64,000 nucleotides of DNA from Trichoplax sp. H2 (Eukaryota). The stretch lies in NCBI GenBank assembly GCA_003344405.1, contig NOWV01000184.1, positions 1 through 64,000 of the forward strand, in the 5' to 3' direction. Under the pieces are notes generated by a model. It saw only the letters and a list, made by a program, of their open reading frames with translations, was not told the origin of the DNA and ran no database searches. Positions 11,926 to 25,200 of this stretch are shown here, piece by piece. Position 1 is the first letter of the stretch. Every line of letters begins with the position of its first letter. A program made the translations under genes and the position numbers.

Positions 11926-14900
11926 TTTTGCTTCCTAAAGCTTGTACCTTGCGTATTTAGTTTAAAGCACTACCTTTCCTTTCAAATTTTAGTTCATCGT
12001 TGTTAATCCATAATTTAATCTATCAGTTGATCACTGTCTGTAAAACAATTTTACTTATGGTAACTCTTTCAAGTCTATCCTAGAACTGGCTTTATTTGTC
12101 TTTAATCATTGTTTTCTAACAGATTTTTACTGTTCTAAAATTAAACTGCTACTACATTTATCGTCTGTATTACTTAATTGAATAATTGGACAGTTTAGAA
12201 TTTAACTGCTAACTTGACTCGATAATAGAAAACAATCAACTGATGAAAAATTTGAGCTATCCTATTCTATGCTGATATACCGCATGATCGCTGCCTACTT
12301 CAAGTTAATCCTTCATCCTTACCATCGTTGTATTGCATTTTTATTACCTCAGGCAATAAAAAAATAATTCTTTCAGCTCATCCCTAGCCACAGAAGTAAA
12401 TTGGATTAATTAAAATCATTACTTCAATATTGAAAAATATAGTCTACTCTAATATTAGAAGGTAAAGGGAGGTAAACTATATTGGCGAGAGTGCTTTTCC
12501 TTTTAACATCGTTTTTACTATGACTATCCATTGGCAGCACCAAGCTTGTAACCGTTCCTTTTAACATATCTTAATATAGTCTTTTTTCAAAGAGAATGCA
12601 CGCAAATTTAGAGATATAGTTAAAAATGAATAGTGATAAAGCAGACAAAAAGATTCTCAATTATTTCAAAATGAAAATCAATACAATATTGTCTTTCAAT
12701 TAACATCTTGGGTGCTTGATTAATTTGGCTATTCAATTATAAAACAATCATTTAATTATTGTTATTCTAGCTGTAGTAAGTGGAAAAATTTCCTATATTT
12801 ATAAGAAAATAATACAAGTATGTTCAAGGTAGACGATAATTAATATTAGAGTTAGGCTATTCTATCCATTTCAATTGGTATAAATGATCTATTTGCTTGG
12901 TTTTGGTTACGATAGGAACGACTACATCTGTCTTTGAAAACACAAATATTCAGACGAAAACACTTGTCGAATCATTATCACCTCCATCCAAATTCTACAT
13001 AGGCTCTGCTTGAATCAGACAAGTTTTGCAATCTAGACGGGCAATAGCAGTAGAATAAATCGACAGAAAAGATTATTTAAGGCAAACAATCTTGCTTAAT
13101 TTATTTTATTATCGTCGCTCTGGTCAATGATAGCCGGAAAGAAAGTTTAATCATTCTATAGCAAATCATCTTTGTCTCATTTTTAAAGGTATTTCCTATT
13201 AAAATAAGTGGTTTATCCTCTATTATGCCGGTTATCATTTCACTTTCACGTAATTTTTATGATGTAAGCGTTTATTTTCTAAAATCTAGTTTCTACCTGC
13301 TGAAGATTTTGAGACTTTAAATTTGTTTTTCTTTAATTGACTCTCATCCAATATTTATGCTTAAAATACATGTCTAACCTTGCGACCTTATCGACCACCA
13401 TCGTATATGTTTGTTAGTTATAAATTCAATGAATGCTGAATAGATTGATTGGTCCTTTCGAGAAGAGGTTTTTGATGAGAAATTATATCTCAAATTCTTT
13501 CTATGTAATTATTAAGGTTGATTGATTAAAATTATCATGTAATACGAGAAATATAAGACTAATTGATTCGGATGATCACCAGCTTTGAACAGAGTATTTT
13601 TCAATCCAAATTAATATCAGCCGATAACGCATACTACACATTCATCTCACCGAGCATTAAAAACCTTATAGCAGTTGATGGCAGATGACAGTTGGAAATT
13701 TAACGCGAGTACTCTCGATATTTCATCGTGATATGTGACTTCTACCTAGACAATGATGAATTTTAAACATTCATAATAAATCCCTTTCTCACTCAAATAA
13801 TAGATCAATCTCTTCTAATCGGCTATGAATATCATTGTAAGAATAATTTATGTATTTTGCTCCGTACTTTGTTTGCCTGTATGTCTTTCACATTCTCATA
13901 TCTTCGTTTGCTACTTTCTCATCTTCCAAGATTAGAGTAGCTTTGCTTGGTCAGCTTTGAAGATTGCGAATATCAATCTTCAGTTTGATTAAGACTAATC
14001 TCTGTGCCATCTTCTAGCTCGAATTCCTTTCGATTTCGTCATCCACTCTATTTAATTATTTCCCGGAAAGATTAGACTATCCTCTCAAATTCAGCATAGA
14101 ATTTTGTACATTAAATTCAATTTAAACTAAGTTAGCATTATTTTAGCTTTATAAGTATTGCAGCTTTCTACTAACATCATTTCATCTTCCCTACAATGGC
14201 TAAATCACCCTCTCACAATTTTTTATAATTTTTAAGAGTTTACTTTAAACGTCATCTAGACTGCCTTCATGTATTCAGTCGAAACATTAGAGCAGGCTCT
14301 CACAACTAGCTTGAACTGTTATAAATGAAAGTAATAGTCGTTCGCAATTATCTCCATACCTACTCTAGCTTAATGACGATGAATATTAACAACTAGTGCA
14401 ATGTCTAGTCCGGTTGAATGTTAGTGTATTGTATCCGTATATTAATTAGTCATAGTTTCCTTTTATCTGGACTAGATGTCAGTCTCCATTATATTATTAT
14501 CGTCAGCTTGTATAACTAGCAAAAAATAATATGAACTTATATTCAAAATTACTCAACATTTATTGCTATCTTCTAGTAGCAATAGACGACATAGGCGCTT
14601 ACTACCTCGCAAGAAAATTTTATCCTCACCTGTATCTAATTTTTTCCTTATCAAGATATTATTTTAACAGAATTAAAGTCTATGGTGCAGTATGTTATTA
14701 AATTAACTGTTTGTTACTATAATATCGATAATTATTTTAATTGATCCATCTACCTTTATTGAAATCAGTTTCACTTTCAACATTAGTATTACGCTATAGC
14801 TAAATTTAGCTAAATACCGGTATAAAAATGTTTCATTAATTTCTATTAGAATTATTTTACTGAATAATCTAAATTGGTATCCGCAATTTCTATACGTTAG

Positions 14901-14968
14901 CTTCTATAGCTTACTGACAATTGGTGCAAAAGTAAATATTTTGATGTTATAACTATCTGGATAAAGAA

Positions 14969-15056
14969 ATGGGAACCTCAGGAAGTAAAATGCCAACATC
15001 TGTTTCTTGCAATCTGGCTGATATTTCTGGAAAGAAGTTTTCAGAACAAAATAAAG
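14969..15056 (+). CDS. Candidate distal first coding exon MGTSGSKMPTSVSCNLADISGKKFSEQNK (possibly PDE1)
   Basis: ATG in good context (gaaATGG); 29 codons plus 1 nt, then AAAG|gttaga phase-1 donor; a stop follows immediately if unspliced; MGxxxSK myristoylation pattern. Confidence 0.45.
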
Positions 15057-17559
15057 GTTAGAGTTTTCCTAAGTTGAATATGCCTAATGTAACTGTGATT
15101 GAAATTATTCAAGCCTAACGATTCAATTTAATAATTCATCTAAACATATCTGAGGTTGATTTTCCTTAGTGTTATTCACTAAATTGCAATTGTTAGGTTA
15201 AAAATGGCTAAACAATCCAATTGGATGGTTTGCCTTTAGCTGGGGAATAGTTAACGTAATTTAGCACAAACTGAGTCATTTATTGGCTCTATAATGCAAA
15301 TAACAGATAACCTTTTTTTGATGAAGGAAGGATTAGTCACAGTTACTTTTATCTAAATTTTCTTTTAGTTTTTATCACAATATTGTGCCAGGATTTTAAG
15401 ATTAATAATTTTTAACAAAAATTGTACGATCAATAATCCTAAAAGTAACGGATACAATTAATATACCTAATAACTAGTATTTTCATATTACTAGAACTAA
15501 TTTATCAACTTTTACTTACATAAAATTTAACTATTCTCGTACAACCTTGGATCGTAATCTAAGCTATATTTGGGGCTGCAATGCAAATTATGAAGAGTCC
15601 TATATATCGATATTAAAGAACTATACCCGCATTTTACAACTTTGAAATAGAAATCAGTGGTCATTAAGGGATTTGTCTAGTTTCTCGACTAATAATTGGG
15701 CTTCGCTAATTGCTTTTTTGTCCTTATAATTGCCATTATCTATATGATTAGTTCATGCATCGTTGTAGCCCTTTTGGTATGTTATTTGCTGTATCATGTA
15801 AAATAATTTCTGTTACTTCTTTAAGTAAATCTATCCATTGCTACTGGCAATTACGTATTTGCTACATCCTGATCATTATTTCTCAGCATAGTCATCCATA
15901 AATATTAACCTTCTGACGATAGTTTGATATCTATTGGAATAATAGCCCTTCCGTATATAATTAATGCTCTACCTTCTCCAAATTTAAAACTATTGCAAGA
16001 TTTAATATTGATTACTTGCACTACTTCAAGTGCATCAACAATCGATTTGTAAGCAAGCTATTTTAAGAGTCATCAAAAAGAATGCCTTATTATTGAGCAA
16101 CATTTTTACTATAATGAATTCATAGGTAAGTTGATGTTAATCTCTCCAAAGCAAGTTATTAATCAATTTTAGAAAATAGCTATTCAAAAATATCTCTAAT
16201 TTGTTCAGTTAAGAGACAGCTCGAAACTAAAATCTAACTAATTCCACTTACTGACTTATCAAGAGTGTCATCATCAAATTAAGAAATAGAAATTTATTTG
16301 AGCAATGGTATCAATACAATTAAGCAACCGTTTTCCCTTTAATTTTATTCCTTCCTATTAATTTGCAAAATTGTTCATAATCTACAACTATAACCTAGTT
16401 TATGGTTATGATAAATTTCCCAAGTCTTATTACAATAAAAGATGAGTCAATTTATGGCTACCGTTTTACTGAGAGAATTAGTTACCATTAGAATTGATAT
16501 CGACGAAACACTATAAGAATATTGTGAAACGAGGAATTCGAAAGGGATTTTTAACAGCAAACTTTCTAAAAGTAAACACATAAGACATCTTGGAATATCT
16601 AATAGCGGTTGTAGCATCAAATTTTGATTTTGTATTTTAAATTTCAAGGGTTGGTTTGGCGAAAGGCGAAATCGATTAACCTTTTTCTAATGAATGCCAG
16701 GTATTTTATGTCGATATTAATGTTGGCAGGAAATTTCGCCGTCAGTGAAAAGTTAGTCCGCAGCATTATCGTCATTCAGAGTCAACAAATCGTTTGTTTC
16801 CATTAGACTCTCACGGCTATAAAGAACCGGGTCTTAATACTACACAGCCACCAAATATAATTCCTGAATGAATTATTAATTTTAGATTAGATAAACTATC
16901 ATTCGTTCTTTTTTAATTATTAAGTTCTGAGAATAATCATGGCTCTGGAATTTTCGACTAATTACGGGACTTGTCCATGTAGATATTAATTCCAAGTGGT
17001 ATCTACATAATTACTAAATAAATCCCGAGGACTTTTGACTTCTTTAAAGGCTATAAAGTATACTACAGACAAGATGATCACATGGCAACGCCAATTTAAG
17101 TCTCGTCTAATCTAACGCAGTAATTTAATTAAAAGCCAAACAACTTTTGCTCTTTCTGATAATAATTATGAAGTACTGATCGAAATGTCTATTACAACTA
17201 TAAAAAATCCGCTAAAGATATCAATACTGCACAATTTTATAGTCTTACTTGCACAATGACTTCATAATAAAAATATTTTTAATTCCTGTGGGTGCTTACT
17301 AACATATTATGTTCTAAAATAAATGCTTAACACAACCACAAAAGTAAGAAAACTAGTCATAAAAATGTTTGAAGCTATCTATATACACTGCAATTAAATA
17401 TATTTCTGGATATTTATCGCTTGGTCATTAAGCTAAATAATTATCATTAGCCTAAAATTCGCTAACGAAAGATTAGTCGGCAACATAAACTTCAAATGTG
17501 GTTTCGTTCAATAACTTAAAGGTAAAATTAGCAGGATTTAGTGTGCTGAAAGTATATAA

Positions 17560-18570
17560 TAACTTGAAGCCACGTGGATAAAATTCCTCCGCGTATTTTC
17601 TACTGTACGAAAATTTTCTATCAGCGAGTAAATCAGCCCACACCGGCAATTTAAAGTTCTATAAGTGAGACAGTTTTGATAGAAATTAATTGATTCTATT
17701 TTTCTGTACCTTTAAAAAAGTATTACTAACGTGTAAAATTGACTAATGAATAACAAATCAAAATCAACATTAATTTATTCTCTTATACGAAGGTTAAGAT
17801 AAGGGTTAAGTAAGTAAAACTCCTCCGTATCTTTGACAAAATGAAAAAACTGTTCTTCTTCGTAAAATTCAACCTGTAAGGTTGAATTTAAGCCCAGCTT
17901 ACATCATTATTTAATAATGCTTTTCTTTAAGGTTGCTATTGCCAAAAAATTGAATATCTGGGAATCAAAATACATGCTGGTATAGATTCAATATTCTATT
18001 AGCAGAATCATTTGAGTCGAAATAAATTGAATTTTTCTACGCTCTTTGACAAAATGGAAGAATTATTATCTAAGCGTAAATTGATTTTCCATATTAAATT
18101 TAAGCCTATTAAATAATAAATTTAATAAAATTCTTTCAAGCGGTTTCTATTACTATGAAGATATAGTCCACCAAACTCATCTTGAACAGTTTAGAACACA
18201 ACATCAATTTATTGTGATTTATGTACAGTAATTTACGCCAACGTAAATAGAATTTTTCAACAAATTTGTCATTGCCTTAAAATTAGATAATTTGTTGCCA
18301 ATAAACAAAATAAGTCTCTACCGTCAAATTGAAGCTCAATTTATTAATTGAATCAATGACATATTTTTATATGGTTGTTATTAGCATCTAGTTAAATATT
18401 CAAGAGTAAAGCAGAATACAATATTAATTTTATTATCCTGCTTGCACAATAATTGAAGGCGAAATCAATAGCATTCTTCTACATGTTCATCAATGACAAA
18501 TTGTCAAGAGCATAAAGTTGACTATAGGGGAATAAATTTATAGCGCAAATTCAAGCCCTATTGAATAATC
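17560..18570. repeat. Highly diverged tandem array, about 215-230 bp unit, at least 4 copies
   Basis: TCTTTGACAAAATG at 17830 and 18043; AATT(T/G/C)AAGC at about 17885, 18097, 18327 and 18548. Confidence 0.6.
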
Positions 18571-20001
18571 ATTCAAGATAAAATAAATGAAGTTCTTCTG
18601 CGTACTGTACTTGTTATTACTACCAAGGCAATATTCATAAACAACTGAGTACTGTTATAATATAAAATGGAACTCTCCGATGTACAATAAATTATGACTC
18701 GAGGTAAATAAATAACATTCTTCTGTCACTATTTTGTTCAAGATAACGTGATAAAACTTTCAAAAGGTTCGCCTCCGTCGATATTCACATTGAAATTTCT
18801 ACTTTCGATCTTCATATGTTGTAAATAATCATACAAGTATAGTATAATTTTCTGTAACAGCAAGTTCATATTGTATGCATCATTTTAAGCACAGGGAAAA
18901 CGGCTCAAGAAATTTAGCGCAAACAACAATGTTAAATTTACAAACGATGATAAAGTGTCAAGGACAAAAAATATCAAATTGACGCGATTGTATTAGAGAA
19001 TGTACAAGAATCCAAAAGAAAAGGGCCAAAGAAAATTTATACCAGTAATGATTTACTGAATTGATTAGTGTAGAGGAATATTATTAACAGGACATCAATT
19101 TGTTAAAATTTCAGAAGAAAATGATCATAATTTATTTTAGTAGAAAATTACAATTATACTTATCATTCTAGATATAGAAAAGCTGCGAGAAATCCAGTAT
19201 AATGTGAACTATTAAATTACTGAGGTAAAGTGCCGAATAGCGGGGAGAGAGAGAGATTAGGTTAGCTTGATTGCATCAAAGAATGTATGTACAAGAAGCT
19301 GTGGGGAAGGGCGGAAGAAATCGACGGCAACATTGATAAAGTAAAATGCTTACTGCGTAGGAACGTGAATGACAGCAGATTAATTCGGTGGATTCCAGGA
19401 GAGAATGCACAGGATAGGATTCAATTTTCCAATCTTCAACTTCTTCTTGTTAAGTATTCTTGTAGCCGTATGAAGTTATTTTAACACTAATGGCTGTAAT
19501 TCATGTCATGGAATATTTAATGACAAAAATTTTTTTAGGGTTCGTATTTGCTAAGTAGGGTAATATTAAAAAATAAAACTTGTAGAGTAAGTTTAATTAA
19601 TTCTTTCAAACAAAACAGTTCAAAGACATGATGAATGCTGATTAGTTAGATAGTAAACAAATTAACCCGTAAATTTAGAATAATGAGGCTTTATTAATAG
19701 GAAGGCAATCAACTTGTCATTAGATAAACATTTTCTCTTCAACCTGAGGCAATATTGATTATTAACGTATGAATTTAATAACTTTACTAAGTTTCCAATC
19801 TATATAGTAGAACATTTATTTTAAATTTTTTGTATTTGATTTTTTTTTATTTGGAATTTTTTTAAATTAAAATCTATTTGTCGATCTACAACACTGTTAT
19901 GCAATACTGATCTACACAGCACTATCATATCAGCTTTATTATGATGTATGGCGGCCACTTTCTATAGATACCTGTGGAGAATTCTTATCACGGGCAGCTA
20001 T

Positions 20002-20325
20002 GCAATATTTATTTGAGGGTATAATCGCCGCTATACTTTATGTTATCAAGTAATAAGACTTTTATTAAACAGTAATCTTAACCTATAGGAAGGGAATCAA
20101 TAAACTTATTCGCTGATTTTACAGGCCACCAGGCAACATTTATTCTGGAGAATAGTGCTGCTGTACTTTATGTTACCGAGCTATGACATTTTTAAACAAT
20201 AATCTTAACCTATAGGAAGGAATTAACAAACTGATTTACTGATTTACACAGGCCGTCAAGCAATATTTATTTTGGACATAATCGCTATTATTTTTTGTAT
20301 TGACAAGTAATAAAACTTTGGTAAA
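20002..20325. repeat. Tandem repeat, about 127 bp unit, about 2.5 copies
   Basis: AATCTTAACCTATAGGAAGG at 20074 and 20201; GCAA(T/C)ATTT three times. Confidence 0.88.
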
Positions 20326-21334
20326 TTGCCATCTTTTCCTGATAGCAATTAGTTGTCTTGTCTAAATGCAGTCAGTATTAAGGAATGATAGAATATCGTA
20401 ATAAAATGAAGGCATGAAAAGAGTAGCTGCCAATTAGCTATTATAGAAAAGAAAGTTATACACCTAAGCATTATGATTAGCTCAGTAATGAATTATAATC
20501 AAGCATTGCCATTCGATAAGTCATTTTTTGTCAGAATAAAATATAAAAGCTATTTCACTTTCAAGCGAGGTCGCCAACAACAGTATCTAAGATTTTTAAA
20601 TAAAATTTCAAAATAAGATTATTATTGTTTTGGATCGGGATTACTCTAATATTGATTGTAACTATGGCAAAAAGGAAGAGCTGACAGACTCTTATTGATT
20701 TAGCTAGAAACTATCTGCTAGATATTGCTATATAATATAAATTAGGTTTACCTTCATAAAGTATTTAGATCGTCATCACGTCAAGGATTTCGTCTCAGCT
20801 GAGATTGAATGACTGAAAAACTAGATATTACTTACTTTAACCTATTGAGTTAATTTTATTTATTGACTTTCGAATTGGAAGTAATTATAACATAACTTTA
20901 CACATGACATGATAGAGGCTGTCAACTAATAACTTAATTAGTGAGCAGCGATAGCTTGTGCCGTCCATCAAAATTTATTTCCTTTAACGGAACAAATCAA
21001 ATCTAATACAATATTATTAATATTAAAGTTTTATTATAGAGTCGGTGCATTTTTACAGACTTGAATTAATTTGTTACGTCCGCCTGATGCTTTATCCCGT
21101 TTATGAAGACTTTGAGTTAGAACAGGCAAAGCTGGCAATGTTTGTATCTGTCGACTAGTTTGGTCATACTTGAAATGTAAAGTGAACCGGACTGTTGCTA
21201 GATTATTTTGCTGATCTATGAATTGAGTCGTAGAGTGCATTAGAATGCTGTTGGGATAGGCAATGTCTGAAATAAATGTAAAGGAGTACGTCAGAGCTAC
21301 TTGGATAGGTACCGCAGTTGATGATTGGATTGAG

Positions 21335-21620
21335 CTCTAGCAGAAATAAGAGAGCCACTAAATTAGCTTGTTGCCCTTAAAATCAGTGCTAAACGAAATT
21401 GCTAGACTACTAGGATATTCAAATACAAATTGATATGGATGATAAATTGGACATTAGTGGTTAAGATTTGAAATGATCTCTAGTAGAAATAAGAGAGCCA
21501 CCAGATTAGTTCGCTGGCCTTGCAGTGAACCCTAAACAAAATTGCAAGACTACTTGAATACTTAGATATCGCTTGATGTGAAAGTACACAATAGTTTAGA
21601 TTTGAAATGATTTCTTAGTA
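21335..21620. repeat. Diverged duplication, 143 bp unit
   Basis: CTCTAG(C/T)AGAAATAAGAGAGCCAC at 21335 and 21478. Confidence 0.85.
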
Positions 21621-24061
21621 AAAATTATAATGCTGTAAGAACATTAGTTCATGGCTGAAATCAGCCTGAAAGTAAGTTGAAATGCTATTAAAGAATATAA
21701 CAAATGCTTAACATGTCGACTTAGATTCGAAGGCTATCAGAATATATGGATAATAGTTGAAATAAATTTGACTGTAAACTACCGTTCTACGATATAGAGT
21801 TGATATATGAAATAAAATTGAAGTTAAGTTAGATTGCTATATAAACTCATACTCTAGAATGAATTTAATAGAAATTGGAAAACGTTCAGAATATGTCGTT
21901 GAAAATGGGTTTTTTGGTGGATTAAAACAGTAACTCTTCCTTTAGCTCTATATTTTATGGCTCTGCGAGCGTTCTCGTCATAATATTTAGTAATTTTGTA
22001 ACAACAATAGCTAATTTTTATGCTTGAGATAGTTTAAATGTAGGAAAGTAATTTCATTTTCTACATTTAGGCTTTATTATGCTATTACTAATTAGTTCCT
22101 TGTAGTTGAGCAGTTAACAATTAATATACAAGCTCGAAAGCCGAAAGCGGTCTTAAATAAACTTTATCAATTGACCTTACACTCTTTCATAGTCAAATTT
22201 TGCCTATTAATTAGTAATTATGATCAGAGAAGGGATGCGGAAATCTTATATTTAGATCGCAAGCGATCGTGAATAACAACCTTTGGCTTTTAATCAGTAA
22301 ATTAGAATCCCTTTTAACCACTAACATCGCATCCTAAGATAGGGTCAGCAACTTGATCAGTCTATCTTGTGTTACATAATTGTTAACTTTGGGCAACGAT
22401 TGTAATTAGTAAATTAAAGTCAGTTAGCGAGTAATGTATAGCTAGCTGCTTAGATTATACAGTTCGAGTATAATTTTTTCCAGTATTTCTGCTAATCGAT
22501 CTTAAACTAATTTGTTCGTAACTTATTGTTAGTTATCTAACGATCAAAGTATATAAAAAATCGGAAGATATATTTAACAAAAGTATTAATCGATCTTAAA
22601 ACTTCTTCATAATCAAGCTTGGTCAGTTTATTATATTAATAACTGATTGTCAGCTTCCAAGCAATGTGTTAATGTTCAGGATATTATGGACAACTTTATT
22701 TTTGGGTTAATCTTAAAACGGATTGATTTCCAAGCTTTCGCTGGCATTGAATAAATTACTATTTGAACCAGTTAGTTAGCAAGGCATAGCAATTTTAGTT
22801 CTGGCTGCAAAATATCTTTGAGCAACACTCTGAATCGATCCACGAATTAATCACGATAAGCACAGAATATCCTGCTATAAAATAAATCAACAGGACAGTG
22901 TTGCCATGCGATGGTTCATAACAATGATCTATTTCTTGATAGAACAGTGTTGATTAATCTTTTATGATAAAACCATCTACAGTAATTGGAATGAGAACTT
23001 GTCCTAGAGATACAATGCCAACATTGATAGAAAATACTCAAATAGGAAAACAAGCGATACCTGACAATTGTTATGATCGATCGTAGCTAAATAAAAATGG
23101 ATTCTTTTATATTTCGTAGCAGCATTTTTACTTTATATCTTATTTAAACTGATCAACAGCAATATCTAACTCATGAATTTTATCGATTAGAAATAATCTT
23201 CAATTACAATTGCTTGTATATGATTGTTGCATATAACGTCTAATTAATAACATGGCGCTATTGAATCTATCTATGGTAGTTCAGCTATTAATCAATTATT
23301 TTCACTGTACTTAATCGTACTATCATGAAATGTTCACAGCGTAAATCAATAACATTTTGAAATAGACGGGGAAATGTATAGTGTGTGGAAAGGGAAAATA
23401 GATACAACAGAAACAGAAAATGAATTGAATAAGTTATTTTCAGGACATTGTAGTATTATTCAAGTCAAGCATGGTTTACTTTAGCCCACGAGAATACAAT
23501 AATTGTTGAAAACTTTCAATTTAAGAGAAAATTGCATAGAAAATCATTATTCTAACTGGCTTTTGTATCTTGACATAATGAATGTATCTACTGATTGAAA
23601 TAATAACAATTACAAGAACAAATAATTATTTCCAAGGGTGTAAGATCGAGTTGATGAATTTATTTGAGATTATACAAAATGCCAGTCCATGATAATTGTT
23701 ATGGCTGTTTATAAAATGATATGACTCAATCATTATCCAGTCAGGCAATAATAGTCCGTTATTGTTAGGTAAGCAGATAATTATACGCCATCATGTTATA
23801 GAAAGGTAGTAACTCATTTCATATTCTGAAGATAGAAAAACACAGGCTATAATTTAGAAGAATCAAAACGGCCGCATATTGGATTTTAGAGGCATCCTTA
23901 TTCAAATCCTTATTATAGACACAACATCACGTACCAAAAACATAATCTTACCTTCCTTTAGTGTTAACATTTCATCATTTTAAGCTATCCATGCCACCAA
24001 GTTGATAATTACTAGCCTTGCTCACCTAATTAAACGGATCGAATTGATCTAACGGAAAAAT

Positions 24062-24092
24062 ATGCCGGATAGAAGAATCATTCCCATGCTCG
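24062..24092 (+). CDS. Candidate short alternative first exon MPDRRIIPML (possibly PDE1)
   Basis: aatATG, 10 codons plus G|gtaaag phase-1 donor; short enough to arise by chance. Confidence 0.25.
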
Positions 24093-25200
24093 GTAAAGTA
24101 TCCTAAACTAATTTAAATCTTAGTATTATTTCATATTTTCAACAACTCAATCGGACCGATAAAATGTGATGTTGATTTTGTAAGCGTTAACGACTATCAT
24201 TCATTTCCCCTCAACTTTATTTTAACCGATCATTTTATCCTATCTTGGATCGATTTCCTCATTACCAACTTTACTATTCGAGACTTTATCTATTATCCTA
24301 CTTTTAAAGAATTAATGGATAGGGAAGAAAAATGCTAAATTAATTTTAAAAGGAAAAAGGAGGTATTCAAATTTCTCCATGTACATCATAAATTAATGCG
24401 ATATTTTATCCTGGATTAGAGCGATATTTTACTCTATCCATATCCTATCTTTTAAGTGTATTTGTTGAGGGGCCAATGCATCGATATAAACTATGTCAAA
24501 TCGCGAATTTCTTTACAGCTCCTTCTCCACATTATTCGTACAGTATAAATTAGCTATGCTTATGAATTGATTAATGGGTCATGAATTAATTTAGATTTAA
24601 TTTAGACCAATTGATTTTTTTTATTTTTTTATTTTATTTATTTCCACTGGTAATTTAAAACAGTTTGATGGCAAATGATAAAACTGAAAGAAAGCTTATT
24701 TAGGTTAAATAAAGTGGATCTTTATTACAATTAGTTTCGGCCATTATCATAATGTATGATTAATCTTAATTAATTGCTTGATACTAAGTTAAAATTCGAA
24801 TCAGTCAATTAGTTACTAATGTATATTCGATTTCGATTATGACATGCTATAATTTTCATTCCATGAGGTTTGTCTTATTTTATCATGCTCCTTGCTAGCG
24901 GACTAAAATTCTAATATTACTTTTAAGGCTGCAATAGGATTGATGAATCATATTATTACTGTGTGTTTGTTCTGTTTTAAAATTAGTGCTCAATTCTGAA
25001 ATAATATTCGTAACACCCATTAGTTTGTTTCTCCATATGGTCAACTAAAGAATACTTTGTACAATTTAAATTCACATTTCTTTAGCGAATACACACTGAT
25101 TATCGTCGTCTATTCACATATAGAAAATAGTAGCTGTAACACTACGTCGTATATAATCTACTAATATATCGTCCTTTTCAGTTTTACTAACAATCGTTAT

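Noticed and set aside
19287..19484. 65-aa ORF in a G/purine-rich patch
   Set aside because: No recognisable domain or convincing splice sites; probably compositional
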